DNA of 64,000 nt. Origin: Balanoglossus misakiensis. Taxonomy: Eukaryota > Animalia > Hemichordata. The notes below the pieces were generated by a model, which was given only the letters and a program-made list of their open reading frames with translations, was not told the DNA's origin and did not search any database. A program made the position numbers and the translations under genes. The number at the start of each line of letters is the position of its first letter. Position 1 is the first letter of the stretch. The DNA lies in NCBI GenBank assembly GCA_040954595.2, contig CM082578.2, positions 2,648,831 through 2,712,830 of the forward strand, in the 5' to 3' direction. Positions 47,750-59,487 of this stretch are shown here, one piece after another.

Positions 47750-50047
47750 GACGCAGGGACTCTCTACCTGTTTCATCGCCTGGTAAATTAGATGGATATT
47801 CTCAAAACAGTAGAATGTATATTGTGTTCTGATTGCATTCTTCGTTTGTATCAAACTTTTATTTTATTGATTTCCTTTTGTTGTCAGCCACATGCGAGTA
47901 GCCTTGCCAATAAACAGTCGTGTTTACTCGGTAAACAAGTGGAATCACTGACTTGCCTCAAAAACAACTGTAGCAGGTGTAGTTCCTTTCCATCCTACCT
48001 CCATGCAACATACAACATACAATCCGCACCAAAAAAGCACTCCTGAAGAACTATGAAATGTCTAGCTTGTGTTCATTCTGTCAAACAATTGCATGGACTC
48101 CAGCCATATTCAATGCCAGTTTAAGTAGATCTTAAACTCACCGTCAGTGAGTTAGATACAGGTGCACACATACATGTATGACACTATTGTGAAGTAACAT
48201 TTTTTTTATTTTAGAAAATGTGAAAAATAATAGGGAAAATTTTGAGTTTACATAAATGTTACAAACTATACAGCAAGTCACATCAGAGTAGAATAAAAAT
48301 GTCCTCAAGTACAAATAAACAGCAAAACGGGAAAATGCATCGATGTCGGAACTACCATGGAGGTACTAAAGTCGAGAATCAGCTCTGAATTTATTCAGTA
48401 ATCTAGTGCATGGGGCGGAAACTTTAATGCAGAACACACTCTCTCGATATGCAAATATAACTTATTGAAACTCGTTGCCATACGAACAAATGACCAGGAA
48501 CCATCGGCACGGCACAGTCTATATATACATGTACACTGAGAAGCCATAGAGACGTGCATGTTCAAATAGACCTTCTGAATAATGATCTATCGAGCAACAC
48601 AACAAAAAGGAAAAGATCCTTTGTACATTAAATACGACCGAACTTTGCTCGTTTTGAAATACAGGAGTCGACAAATGTGACGTGTAATAATGTGTACACA
48701 ATTTTCTTTACCCCAATACAAAAATGCCTTTCAGCACAGAAAAAACAACAAAGCAACGCCATTATCGTTAACACCTAATTGTTTCTCCCAATTTGAAGCA
48801 GTCTCTTTCGAAAAGGATTCGTCATGAGAGTTACTCATTGTACAAACTGACCACCTGTCAGACATTGTGGATTTTCCTTACATTTCTGCTTTCTATCCGA
48901 GTTACTACCTGTCACCTGTCAGACATTGTGGATTTTCCTTACATTAATTTCTGCTTTCTATCCGAGTGCAGAGCGGGAAAACCCGCTGAGGCTATACCGC
49001 TGTCAGAAGAAACAGCGAGGGCTTCGAACGTACTTTTATTTTTTCACACTTAAATCACTGCTCGTAAATTAATGCATCAAAAGTTTTCTTTTTCCTTTTA
49101 AATTTAAAAGTATATATGGCCTATGTCACGATCAAAATTGCGATTGTGTTTATAACTAGCATAGCTGCAATAATTAGAGTGATGGGTAGCTATTTTCGCT
49201 TGGTTGAATCACGGTCACTCCACAAGGGTCGCGGACGTAGTCAGAATTATGGACGAAAAAGTCGGAACAATCAAGCCCGAGAGTATACTGCGAGCAGTCA
49301 TACCCATTGATACTCATATGAAATCAACAATGAAGAATAATCTGCATAACAGGAAAAAGAAAGCCTACTGACGACTAGCCTGCACATTAGTAAATCACAG
49401 GTGTGAAAGGGGTGGGCCACGGGAGGTAGCCTTTGGTCAGTAGGATCGTACCAACTACCTCATAAATGTATTTTTCACTAATTTGTGCGATCAAGTTTTT
49501 TTCCTCAACATGATCTCCAATCTATTGCAGATTCAAAATCATATCCAGGGAATCCACAGATCGCGATTCGTGTTTTCTTGTGTTTATATTTAGCTGGAAT
49601 AATTGTAACGGCACTGTGTCGCTGTTTTTGGTGTAGATGCCCGCACACTTACATGCAATGGACCGCAGTTACGTTGCGCGGTCGTGATGTAAATTTAGGA
49701 AATAGTGATACACTGCATCTATTAAAGCTTATCTTTGTTTCAGAGTAAAAATCTACCCGCTTTCTCTGTACTGTATCTCCCAGCGTCCACGGGTGTTACA
49801 TGTTTATGCTCAGCCAGCCACGTTCTTCAGGTTGTTATCACCTTTTTGTTCGTCAGTACAATAAAATATGTGTGAACTCAATGAACAAAAACTTCTGAAG
49901 TCAGTACATTTTTGTCTGTGGTTTGTTTTAAAAATACAATTTGATGCGCCGGTCACTAGGATCCTAGGGTCATAGTTCTGAGTGTCAGGCTCATGAAAAC
50001 AAGAACAATCTATGACTCAAATATTAGATACATACTAGTATTGTAAT

Positions 50048-50614
50048 TTGCGTCTTACAAAGCACAATAATGTGACTTCATCCATTTCCCAAACAGAGAA
50101 ACTACGACAAATCAGTCAGAGTATCGACCACACTGTTGTCTGTGATCGACAACACGTATACGCGCGTCCGTTCACCGCGACAATAATGTGTGTAACGATC
50201 GTTCAATTCATTCGATCAGGCACTATGATCATGCCCCCGCCGATTCCATCAGCGCCCACCTTGTCACCAACACCACTCCCACCACGCCCAGCCGCTGATA
50301 TTACACCACCGTTCCAAACTACACTACAGCCGGCAGTACAGCCGATTCTCACGTCTCCGCAGACAGCGGGGATGATTGAGACTTCTCCGCCTCCACCATG
50401 GTTCCCTCCTATCACCGGGGATGTTCTCATACCAGAATCATATATAGACCGGTGTAAGGTCGTAAGTTGCTCTATAGACAACTTTGCCAAGAACCTTGCG
50501 TTTATGGTTTATTCGCCGAGTGAACGCGCCGGACGTACTTGCACAGGGCGTGTGTTTGGGGGTACCAAACAGAAATTAAAGTTAAGTCCCAGAAGGCTTA
50601 AGAAAGTTGAATGA
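50048..50614 (+). pseudogene. Pro-rich linker plus truncated BEN-like domain inside the CACTA element
   Basis: SIDNFAKNLAFMVYSPSERAGRTCTGRVFGGTKQKLKLSPRRLKKV fits the BEN pattern FA..L...F+.EE......G.....K..L.P.RL..I; stops before the final BEN helices. Confidence 0.65.
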
Positions 50615-50650
50615 GCAACTTTCCGAAAATATTTTAGAAATAATGGACGA

Positions 50651-50765
50651 CGCCCTGACCATTAATGTTTGTTTATGGGCAAGGGCGAGGGGCGAGGCTT
50701 CCGAGCCCATGAATTTTGGCTTTCCTCGAGCCCGCGCCCATAAACAAACGTTTATGGTCAGGGCG
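50651..50765. repeat. Hairpin/palindromic repeat
   Basis: CGCCCTGACCATTAATGTTTGTTTATGGGC is inverted as GCCCATAAACAAACGTTTATGGTCAGGGCG. Confidence 0.7.
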
Positions 50766-52231
50766 GAGTCGGTTATTTCCATTATATTACCAACAAAATC
50801 AAGAAAACCGTCAACATTTACGAAAATGTCCCACTAGGGGCCCCGGAACTTGTGTTACGCAAAATGTTGTATTCACTGAACTGTTTGCTAATATTACTAT
50901 TCAGATTTACGGGCATGTAAACAAACCATTACTGAGTATTTGTGGTCAGTGACGTCGTTCATCTCGACCAATTAAAATGCGACGCACAGGCCATGGTAAT
51001 ATAATCCCACGATTTTCCGCGATCCGCCGAGCGCGACGTGTGGTCAAAACAGTGCATCAAGGCAATCGTTAAAGCTCTCCGCCGTTGATTTTTTTTTTTT
51101 TTTTTTTTTTTGGGGGGGGGGGCTTTATCAGCATGTTTGTCGGATTGTCATTCTCTCGTTCAGAAAGGAAATGTTCCCTTGCATTTGTACAACTAATGTA
51201 GTGTAATTGTGTTTTAAATGCTTAATAAAGAAAACTAACACTAACAACGGACACATTTTGTTCGTAGTGAATTAAACGCCCCTCCCTGAATGCCTAGTCT
51301 GAAATAAAACTTATGTTGAGAAGGAGAGTTGTACATTGATTAACGTTTTCAACGGTGTAGTACCGGTGTAGCAACGATCCAGATACAATATTTGAGAATG
51401 CTTTTCGCCTGTGCTGCGCCGGTGTTAATTTTCGACAGCGATGACGGGTGGTTCAGATCCAGACCGAAGCAAATATACAGTGAGAACGCAAAGCACAACC
51501 CTGTCGTGACTTTTGATTATGTTTATCTAGGTAACCTATTGTCTTGGGTCAGTTTCCATTGTTGAGTCAATCTAACTGGACGCGAGTGGTTTTCTAGCCA
51601 CTCGCGGTTAGCCGGGTCTGCAACACTTCTGTCTGCCACCAACTTTAGGTTCTTTCGATCGCCGAAAAGACGAGGCGTTTTCGATTTGTGGATTAACATC
51701 CAGTACTTCTTAACGATATCAAAACGGTCATGAAGAAGACGACAAAGTCGTCTAGAACGCATATCCAGGTATAGAAACTGAGATATGTTGCAATTACATG
51801 TCCTCGACGTCCTCAATTTTTGTTAGTTGCCGTGTTTCTAAACATTGCCATTAGACGGCGTTGATCTCAAAACAATGTCCGTTTAGTGTGTGGACGCACA
51901 CAGATTCTGAGGGCTAATCCCCTGTTAGCAAGAAACAGGAAGTGCTACGATATTCGTCATTTTTAAGTTGCTGCAACTGATCTGTAGTTTGTACGTGTAT
52001 GCTTTACATTTATGCATCTGTGGTAACATAAAACACAGGTTACAAATGAACATAAATGACTGCATGTACATAGTGTTTTGAACCACTAGCATTCTTTATC
52101 TGAATTGGAGGTTGCGCAACTAGACTAGAAAAACCAGAAATGCCATCATATCATAGACCCTATGGATCAATCAAACGTGTTTGGGGTTCAAACCGACCTG
52201 CTTCCTTGCTGGTAAGCAACCGGTGCGCCAG

Positions 52232-52462
52232 TAGACTAGCCCACTAGTCGCTTGGTGATTTTTAAATCTAAATAGTTAAGGTGTTTTCGATGGTTTTTTG
52301 TCTTAATAAATAATTTCAATACTTTTTGCGTGCATGCTTGCCTTGAGCGTGTTTTTGGTAGTGAGGTGAGTTTCGAATTTGGGACTGAGCTTGTGGTTTT
52401 GGGTAGCGTGGGTCTACGCGTTCCCTACACATAATGAAGCCCATAGACTTGGAGCAAGTCTA
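52232..52462. mobile_element. MITE with perfect 9-bp TSD
   Basis: GTGCGCCAG|TAGACT...AGTCTA|GTGCGCCAG (52223-52231, 52463-52471); second copy at 17147-17373. Confidence 0.85.
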
Positions 52463-55413
52463 GTGCGCCAGGTAAACAAGCGCGCTTCCTGTGACCTGGC
52501 TGGCCATGCAAGCCAGGTAGCTCATGAATATTCAGAATGCAAGCCTGGCGCGCTCAGCAAGCACGCTCACCGGGCCTGGCGAGCCAGGCGAGCCACCTGG
52601 CTTGCTGCGTTCAGGAGCAGGCGCGCCAGGTAGAACAGGACATTCAGTCTGTAGTGTATAAGGTGGAGCATTTGTCGACCCATTTGATCTTTCCGACCCT
52701 CATTTAAGCAATTATCAACATTACTATATCAAAAGATATGGCTGGGTTTTTTTTCTGAGCAAATAATTATACAAGAAGAACCTGACAAACCGTGTAAGCG
52801 CTTCTATCATAGTATGACTTGCGGCAATGTAAAAACATGACAAAAATGAAGAAGACGGTTTATCTTTGATTACCTGCTGTTAATACAAGTTAGAAGATGC
52901 CACTCATTGGAGTAATTGAAAATTCCAACGTTCCTCTCTGTTTGTTTTCAGATGATGGACTTAAAATTCATTTCCGGGAGACAGATAGACTAGCATTGAG
53001 GCTGCCGATGCCATAGTTTATGATGACCATTCAGTCTCTGTCTGGTCCTAATCTTGTAGACAGAATCACTTTTATCGATATAGCAATATGATTTATGGAA
53101 TACATAATGTAGAATAGAGGCCGAATTTTAGGTCCTGTTGATAATTCGCAAATACACATGATCATTGATAATTATGATGCCAAACGGATCAAAGGATCAA
53201 AGGCCAAACACGTGATGTGAGGGTTGCACCAGCACATCATATCATACTTGATCTAATTGCTCCGACAAAATGGACGGCATTCTTGCTTACCACTAGTCTG
53301 AAAACAAAGCAAATTTTGCAAAATGCTACACATTATGAAAAAAGTAGATCTCAACATTGGTCAAAAATGAATTGTAAGTGGAGGACCAAACTTCACCACT
53401 TTTGTTATCGCAAAAGATACAGTGAAGAAGCAGATACGCGGATTGTTCTTAGTTCTACACGCAATTGCAGCGTCTGATAGAGGGGCAAGATGACTCCTTA
53501 CGTCAACTTGTCATATCAACAGAAATCATCTTGATAAGAATGTGCTAAATATGATAAAACTTTGTACATATTTAAACTGAAATACCATAGAATGGCCACA
53601 ATATAAGTTGAATATAGTATTTTTACAGTAAAAGCATGCTGATAATGTATGTCCCTTTATAGCAATTGCAAATGCACGTTCGCATATTTCAAGAAATATA
53701 CCAATTTTACTAAATCTTGAAATCATCAGCTCGCCATGGGAATTGAAAATGTCATCAAGCATTTTCAAACTCTCAGAACTTAACTTTAAAATGGTGTATG
53801 ACACAAAATGTTGTATGGCCAAGTCAGAGGGTTCTTTTTTTCTGGGGAGATCTGCAACACTAATTAGAGTTGGGATATTGAATTTTGACCCCATCTTTTG
53901 AAGGTGACCCTGAACTTAAAATTTAAAATATCAAAATATACAAAATTATAGCATTCTAGATCCCAACAGTGTAGTAAACGCTCGCCGTAAAATGTCATTT
54001 TGAACCGAAATTTGAGGATGACCTTGACCTTGAACCCCAAAGTTCAATTTAGCAATCAAAAGCTCGCATCCGACAATACAAGTTTGAGTGTTTAAATTTT
54101 ATCTAAAGCTTAATTGGTAGCAAAGATATAGCAAGTTTCTTATTTGGGGGAATTTCGCAAAATCTTCTATCCGTCGTTATGGTTACAGAATTTTAATATA
54201 AATTACAACCAAAGACGAAAATAGGCCTATTTTTCTTAAAGCTAATATTCCTTGCTACCTGGTGACCAATTTACAGCCTCCTCGAGCAAACCGTTTTCCA
54301 GTAAATCAAAACTGTGTATGATCGATATGCCAAAAAGCGAAATTTTTACTTTGACCCCGCGTTTTGAAGATGAACTTGACCTCTGACCTTGTCGGTCATG
54401 TAATCATTGGATAGCCCGTACCCTACTTTATAAGACTGAATGTTTGAATTTTATCTCTAGCATTCTAAGAACCTGAAATATCTCATTTGAACTGTATGGG
54501 TACTCTTGCTATTCCTACCATTCATTTAGTTGTCATTATAACAGCTGGTTTTGCATATTAAGTATATGTAAACAGCAAAACAAATTAAAATCTTCGTAAA
54601 TAATACACTTCTCTATCTGGAGATGAAATTATAACATTCTAGACCCAAACAGTGTTTAGTAAACGCTCGCCGTAAAATGTCATTTTGAACAAAAATCCAA
54701 AATGTCCGTTTTGTCACTTTGACCTTAAATTTGAGGATGACCTTGACCTTGAACCCCAAAGTTCAAGTTAGCAATGAAAAGATCGCACCCGACATTATAA
54801 GTTTGAGTGTTTAAATTTTATCTAAAGCTTAATTGGTAGCAAAGATATAGCAGGATTCTTATTTTTGTGATTTTCGCAAAATCCGCTATCCGTCGTTATG
54901 GTAACAGAATTTTAATATAACTTAATATCAAAGACGTGAATCAGCTTATTTTTCATAAACCTAATGTTCCATGCTACCTGATGACCAATTTACAGCCTCC
55001 TCGAGCAAACCGTTTTCCAGTAAATCGAAACTATGTATGATCGATGTGCAAAAAATAGCGAAATTTTTACTTTGACCCCGCGTTTTGAAGATGAACTTGA
55101 CCTCTGACCTTGTCGGCCATGTAATCATTGGATAGCCCGTCCCCTACTTTATAAGACCCAATGTTTAAATTTTTTCTCTAGCTTTCTCAGATCCTGAAAT
55201 ATATCATTTTTTAACTGTATGAGTACCCCTAAAATTATGCTATCGTTACCATGACAACCGCTCCTCACGGCCACACCCACCATTAATATGAGTGCAAACA
55301 ACCTGATTCTGACAGCTGGATAAATAGGCTTTCCAAAAATATATGTCTGCAAAAATCCTCAGGGGGGGGGAGGGTTTCGGTCTCTGGCCCATGGACTATA
55401 CCCGTTCGCTTAA

Positions 55414-55760
55414 AAGGACAAAGTCTCTCTCCTTGCTGCCCCTTTTTCCATTATTATGTTTGATACAAGACACTGTTTATGTTAATGTACATGTGGATAT
55501 ATAGTGAATCAATGATCAACCACACAAAACTTCCATCCCACTTGTATGATATGAGAGTAAAAACTCGCCCAAAATGAATAAATGGTAACGAACGATTATT
55601 CATTTTGGCGATTTTTTCACTCTCCTGTCTATAAGAAGGATGGAACTTGTGTGTGGTTGAACGCTCATTCACTATATATCCACATGTAGAATAACAAACG
55701 GTGTCTTGCATCAAATATAATTAATGGAAAAAGGGCAGCGAGAGACAGACTTTGTCCCTT
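55414..55760. mobile_element. Full-length palindromic TTAA-flanked MITE (Kolobok-like)
   Basis: ttaa|AAGGACAAAGTCTCTCTC ... GAGAGACAGACTTTGTCCCTT|ttaa, folding around ~55590. Confidence 0.75.
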
Positions 55761-55764
55761 TTAA

Positions 55765-55942
55765 GTGAAGGGGTCGTCGCGCCGCGCTTGTTTTTAAACA
55801 TTACAATTCATCCACAAATCCCTCAAGTAATAACATTCTTAGTTCCTAGTAGGTCGTGGCGACTGCAGTGAGGTTTGTGCGAGTATTTGAGGACATATTC
55901 TCGACAAGGGGGACACCCACGCGGCGCGACGATCCCTTCCCT
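55765..55942. mobile_element. Second TTAA-flanked MITE abutting the previous one
   Basis: ttaa|GTGAAGGGGTCGTCGCGCCGCG ... CGCGGCGCGACGATCCCTTCCCT|ttaa; shares the TTAA at 55761-55764. Confidence 0.6.
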
Positions 55943-55962
55943 TTAAAATTGTATATATTTAC

Positions 55963-56317
55963 CATGTTTATCGCGGCTGTGTCCAACTTGTCACTCAGAA
56001 CGTTCACGCTTCTGTATGTATTTGTTGGTCCGATATAACTACCAACAACTTTCACGAACTTGGCAGTTAAAATCGGCGTCTCTTTCTCCAGTGCGTCCGG
56101 TAACACCATTATCTCTTCGATACACTCTAACGCCGTGAGTTGATATAATATCAAATATGGTATTGTCGTATCCCTTGATTTTGGAAGCCGTACAAACCCA
56201 TGGCTTTGAACGAAACGGGACGGCCATAGGTATGCAAGTATAATATATTCTTGTTATTTTATAACTGCACATTAACGGACAAAGAACTACCATTACAGCT
56301 CTCTGTATACAAACCAT
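55963..56317 (-). pseudogene. Secreted-protein family paralog 3, first coding exon (frameshifted)
   Basis: PFRSKPWVCTASKIKGYDNTIFDIISTHGV / ECIEEIMVLPDALEKETPILTAKFVKVVGSYIGPTNTYRSVNVLSDKLDT|gtaaat aligns with paralogs 1 and 2; frameshift near 56130. Confidence 0.7.
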
Positions 56318-56406
56318 CGTGGCATCTGTACATTTGTAATTGTGTATATCATAATCACCGTTTTGAGCGAACTGCGATCATTGCACTCTCTTGATTGCTC
56401 TTTCAG

Positions 56407-57799
56407 CCATGCATGAATATGCAGTTTTTCTCCGCCGAAAGGAGCCAGTTGACACAGGCAAAATAGAGACACTGTTTCGGGAGTCCCTGGAAATGAAGAA
56501 GAAGGTTTGGGGATCCAAAGATAATGGCAACCATATAAGCATTGCGATTGGTGAGTGCATGTGAACTTTAAACTGAATATTACTGTTTACAGGGTTTGAT
56601 CAGGGTTTGTTATTACAGGGTTTGATCAGAAACATAAAATTCGTTTGGTGAAATTTTAATGACGACGGAAAACGTATTTATACCATACGAAATAGGTTGT
56701 TGTTCATCAGAGTTGGACATTGGCTCAATAAATAGTTTTGTAACAGGTCACCTTTGTTTGGAATATTGCCAAGTGTGATACTTCAGTTGTTGTACATATT
56801 GTTCCAAAATGACGTAAATGGTTTTCTTTGTTTAAAGTAATGACTGACCTTGCTGTGTTTTATCTCGCGAACGAGGATGTCAGTAAATACGAAGAAGCTG
56901 AAGGCCTCTTGACAAAGGCACTGAAGATCAAAGAGTGCGTTCTGTCCCACTATGAGCAATTCGACAGCTGGCAGATAGGTACTTCAATTTGTTTCACTGA
57001 CAATCACATTTGAAATCATGTATAGCGTTATAGGTTGATCAGCACCGACTGACTGCGGCACGTCTTAGTCATGACTTGCAAAGCTGACCAGTAACATTTG
57101 AATGAAAAAAAACGAATGCTTAAAACAAACATTGATTAAAGTTATTTGTAAGTTTTGTCTTTTCGAAATATTTTGTTAATTGTTTCAACTGCTATTGATG
57201 AATTTAGTCGCGATTTCAGTTGTTCATAAAAAGTATCCCTTGACTGTAAAACTGGCTATACATTACAGCTAATTCATCCGTTCTGCAGATTTACTAATAT
57301 CCGTCTAAATTCTACTTTAGTTTTGTTCGTTTTTTTCCTTTCGGGGACGAGATATTGGTGTTTCAGATTGTGTTCATACATAATCTTCAGTTAAAAGACT
57401 AGTATAAAATGAGGTGGCCAATTATTTTTCAGTATCTACAAATGTAACTTCTCATAGTCTGCCATTATGTCATTCAATTTCAGGAGTCTATTTTCTTATT
57501 CGACTATACATGCTACTGGGAAACGACGAGGAAAGGAAAAAATATGAAAACCTACTGAAAGAAAAATCGGAGAAAGCATTCGAAGAGGAATTTGCATCGA
57601 GAGACTTGGGGAAGGGTGGGTACAACTTCTTCAGTCTGTTTGCAAATCTAATTAATATGGCTCTCTTAATACTTAGTTGGCTGGTTATTTGGTGGGATGA
57701 TTGGTTGTTTGGCTGCGGTGTTTGAAGAAACATAATTATATACTGACATCTTTCCCTCTCCTTGCAGCTTTCCCACCGGATCCCATGATGTGGGCTTAA
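56407..57799 (+). CDS. Last four exons of a TPR-repeat protein (kinesin-light-chain/NPHP3-type repeats); 5' part not found
   Basis: Phase-1 exons 56407-56550 (MHEYAVFLRR...LFRESLEMKKKVWG..HISIA), 56838-56978 (MTDLAVFYL...YEEAEGLLTKALKIKE), 57484-57615 and 57768-57799 (FPPDPMMWA*); all AG/GT-bounded and in frame. Confidence 0.75.
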
Positions 57800-59487
57800 T
57801 TCATCAGTGGAATAGCTTCCCTTGCATGGTTTGTGTATGGACAGATTCACCAATGTAGGACTCAGTCGTCGAGAAGAGTTTGACCCATCCAACAACTCCC
57901 TTGGTTGGCACTGTCAGCAGTGTCGGGTTGATATTTGGTGCTCCTATCTGAGCACTGAGGAAGAGTCTTTGATCTTGCCAAACGTTAGAAATTATGGTCA
58001 AACTGCTAATGAACTTGTATTGATGTCTAACAATGTTAGCATACACTGATGATTTGTGTCGCGAAAATTTTTGTTCTGTACATTTTTTGCTCAATGCAGC
58101 ATTCATTTAGTGCTAGATTATGAGAGTAACTGACAGGTTTAAAATGGTTCGTTACTGTGAAATTACATTTTCATATATAACGCTTCAGAGCAGTGCCTGT
58201 AAAATATAGTGTCTACGAAATAGTAGAAAATGACGATATTAGTGTTTCCCTTTTTAGTTGTAAACGTTTATTCGAATATCTTGACATTAGTATTTCAATC
58301 TTGATGGATAAGCATATTTTACATACTCGCATTGACAGGATGTGTCCTTGATTTTAAGATGACGTATTTTGGAACGATTTCTCATGCAAAACCCACAGCC
58401 TTGACTATAGTTGGGATTTTTCTTCAATGTTGGCTGTCCATCTTCCAGTTAAACTCAGAAGGCAGCATATATTGTAGAATTTGGAGTCTCTATGATAGCT
58501 TAATACATTGTACGTGAACTCCACAGTAAACTTCATCTTATATTGTCGTGGTAATTATGGCACAAGGAAAAGCTTTAAGGAATTTCTATTTTTGTAAATT
58601 TTATAGTATGCGTTTCTTTATCAGATCCCCTTCAACCGAAAGAACAGTAATCCAGTTGCATTATATCATTGAACGGTTTTATGAGCGAAAGTCTGTTTTC
58701 TTGAGTTTTGAAACACGTGACTTGCATTAATTTGGCATTTTGGCTCTGGAAGTAGACAAGTAAAGTGGATATGAAAACAAATAACGCGTAATCCTTTTCC
58801 ATAGAACTTATATTTGCCAGTATTTCAGCATTTTGATTGGAAAATGACAAAATGGAGTAACTGTGATACTATTCAGGAAACTGAAATTTACGTACTGCAG
58901 ACCTTTTCCATAAACGTCTGTAAGTTGTTTTCATTAAGATAGTTGAATACCACATTTTAGACGAAACTCTTCTTCAGAATGACAACATTTAGCACATAGA
59001 CTCGTGATACTTCCTTCGAATTTTCAGGATCTGTCCCATATATCATTGATTTTCAAACCAAGTGACATCTGACAGTGGAACCATGCTCATGAAACTTGAT
59101 GCAAATAAATATGGAGTACATGTACAATATTTCACGGTTACTAGAAGAAGACTGTTAGGAAACTATTTTTTCTCCATTGTTAGATGCTCGACTCGGTAAA
59201 CACTTAGTGTAAACAAAAGATATCAGGTGCTAACGAGCCTGGCCATACGAATAAACAGACAGAATAGATAGATAGATAGATAGATAGTTTATTTCACCAG
59301 AAAGATGCATTTTACATAACTGGTGCGGACCAGGGAAGTAGTTCTAGTGGAACTAGTCGTGTCCCTGGCCCTAAATACATACAAATCATTGAAACAATTA
59401 ATATAATTGCCAATTCATATCACAAAACAATAGTTGGTAGTCAAACAACGCGGTGACAAAGTAAACAGTTTTATAAAAGAGGTTAAA

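Larger units (their letters stand above)
47126..52656. mobile_element. CACTA/EnSpm-type non-autonomous element inserted in the Academ transposase
   Basis: Perfect 21-bp TIR CACTACAGACTGAATGTCCTG / CAGGACATTCAGTCTGTAGTG; TA on both flanks; GC-rich subterminal repeats (GGGCCC, GGCGCGC). Confidence 0.8.
44603..55398 (+). mobile_element. Academ-superfamily DNA transposon with ~1.5-kb TIRs and decayed transposase
   Basis: TAGTCCATGGGCCAGAGACCGAAACCC... inverted at 55398; 4-bp TSD TACC (44599-44602, 55399-55402). TIRs ~44603-46105 and ~53930-55398. Remnants TDYARYMSV and KGAGGVIGLKMRGLALEKWF (~46800-46985) and SEEADTRIVL (~53420-53450) fit Academ transposase as I recall it. Confidence 0.8.

Noticed and set aside
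51523-51816. 97-aa minus-strand ORF inside the CACTA element
   Set aside because: No recognisable domain or convincing splice context.
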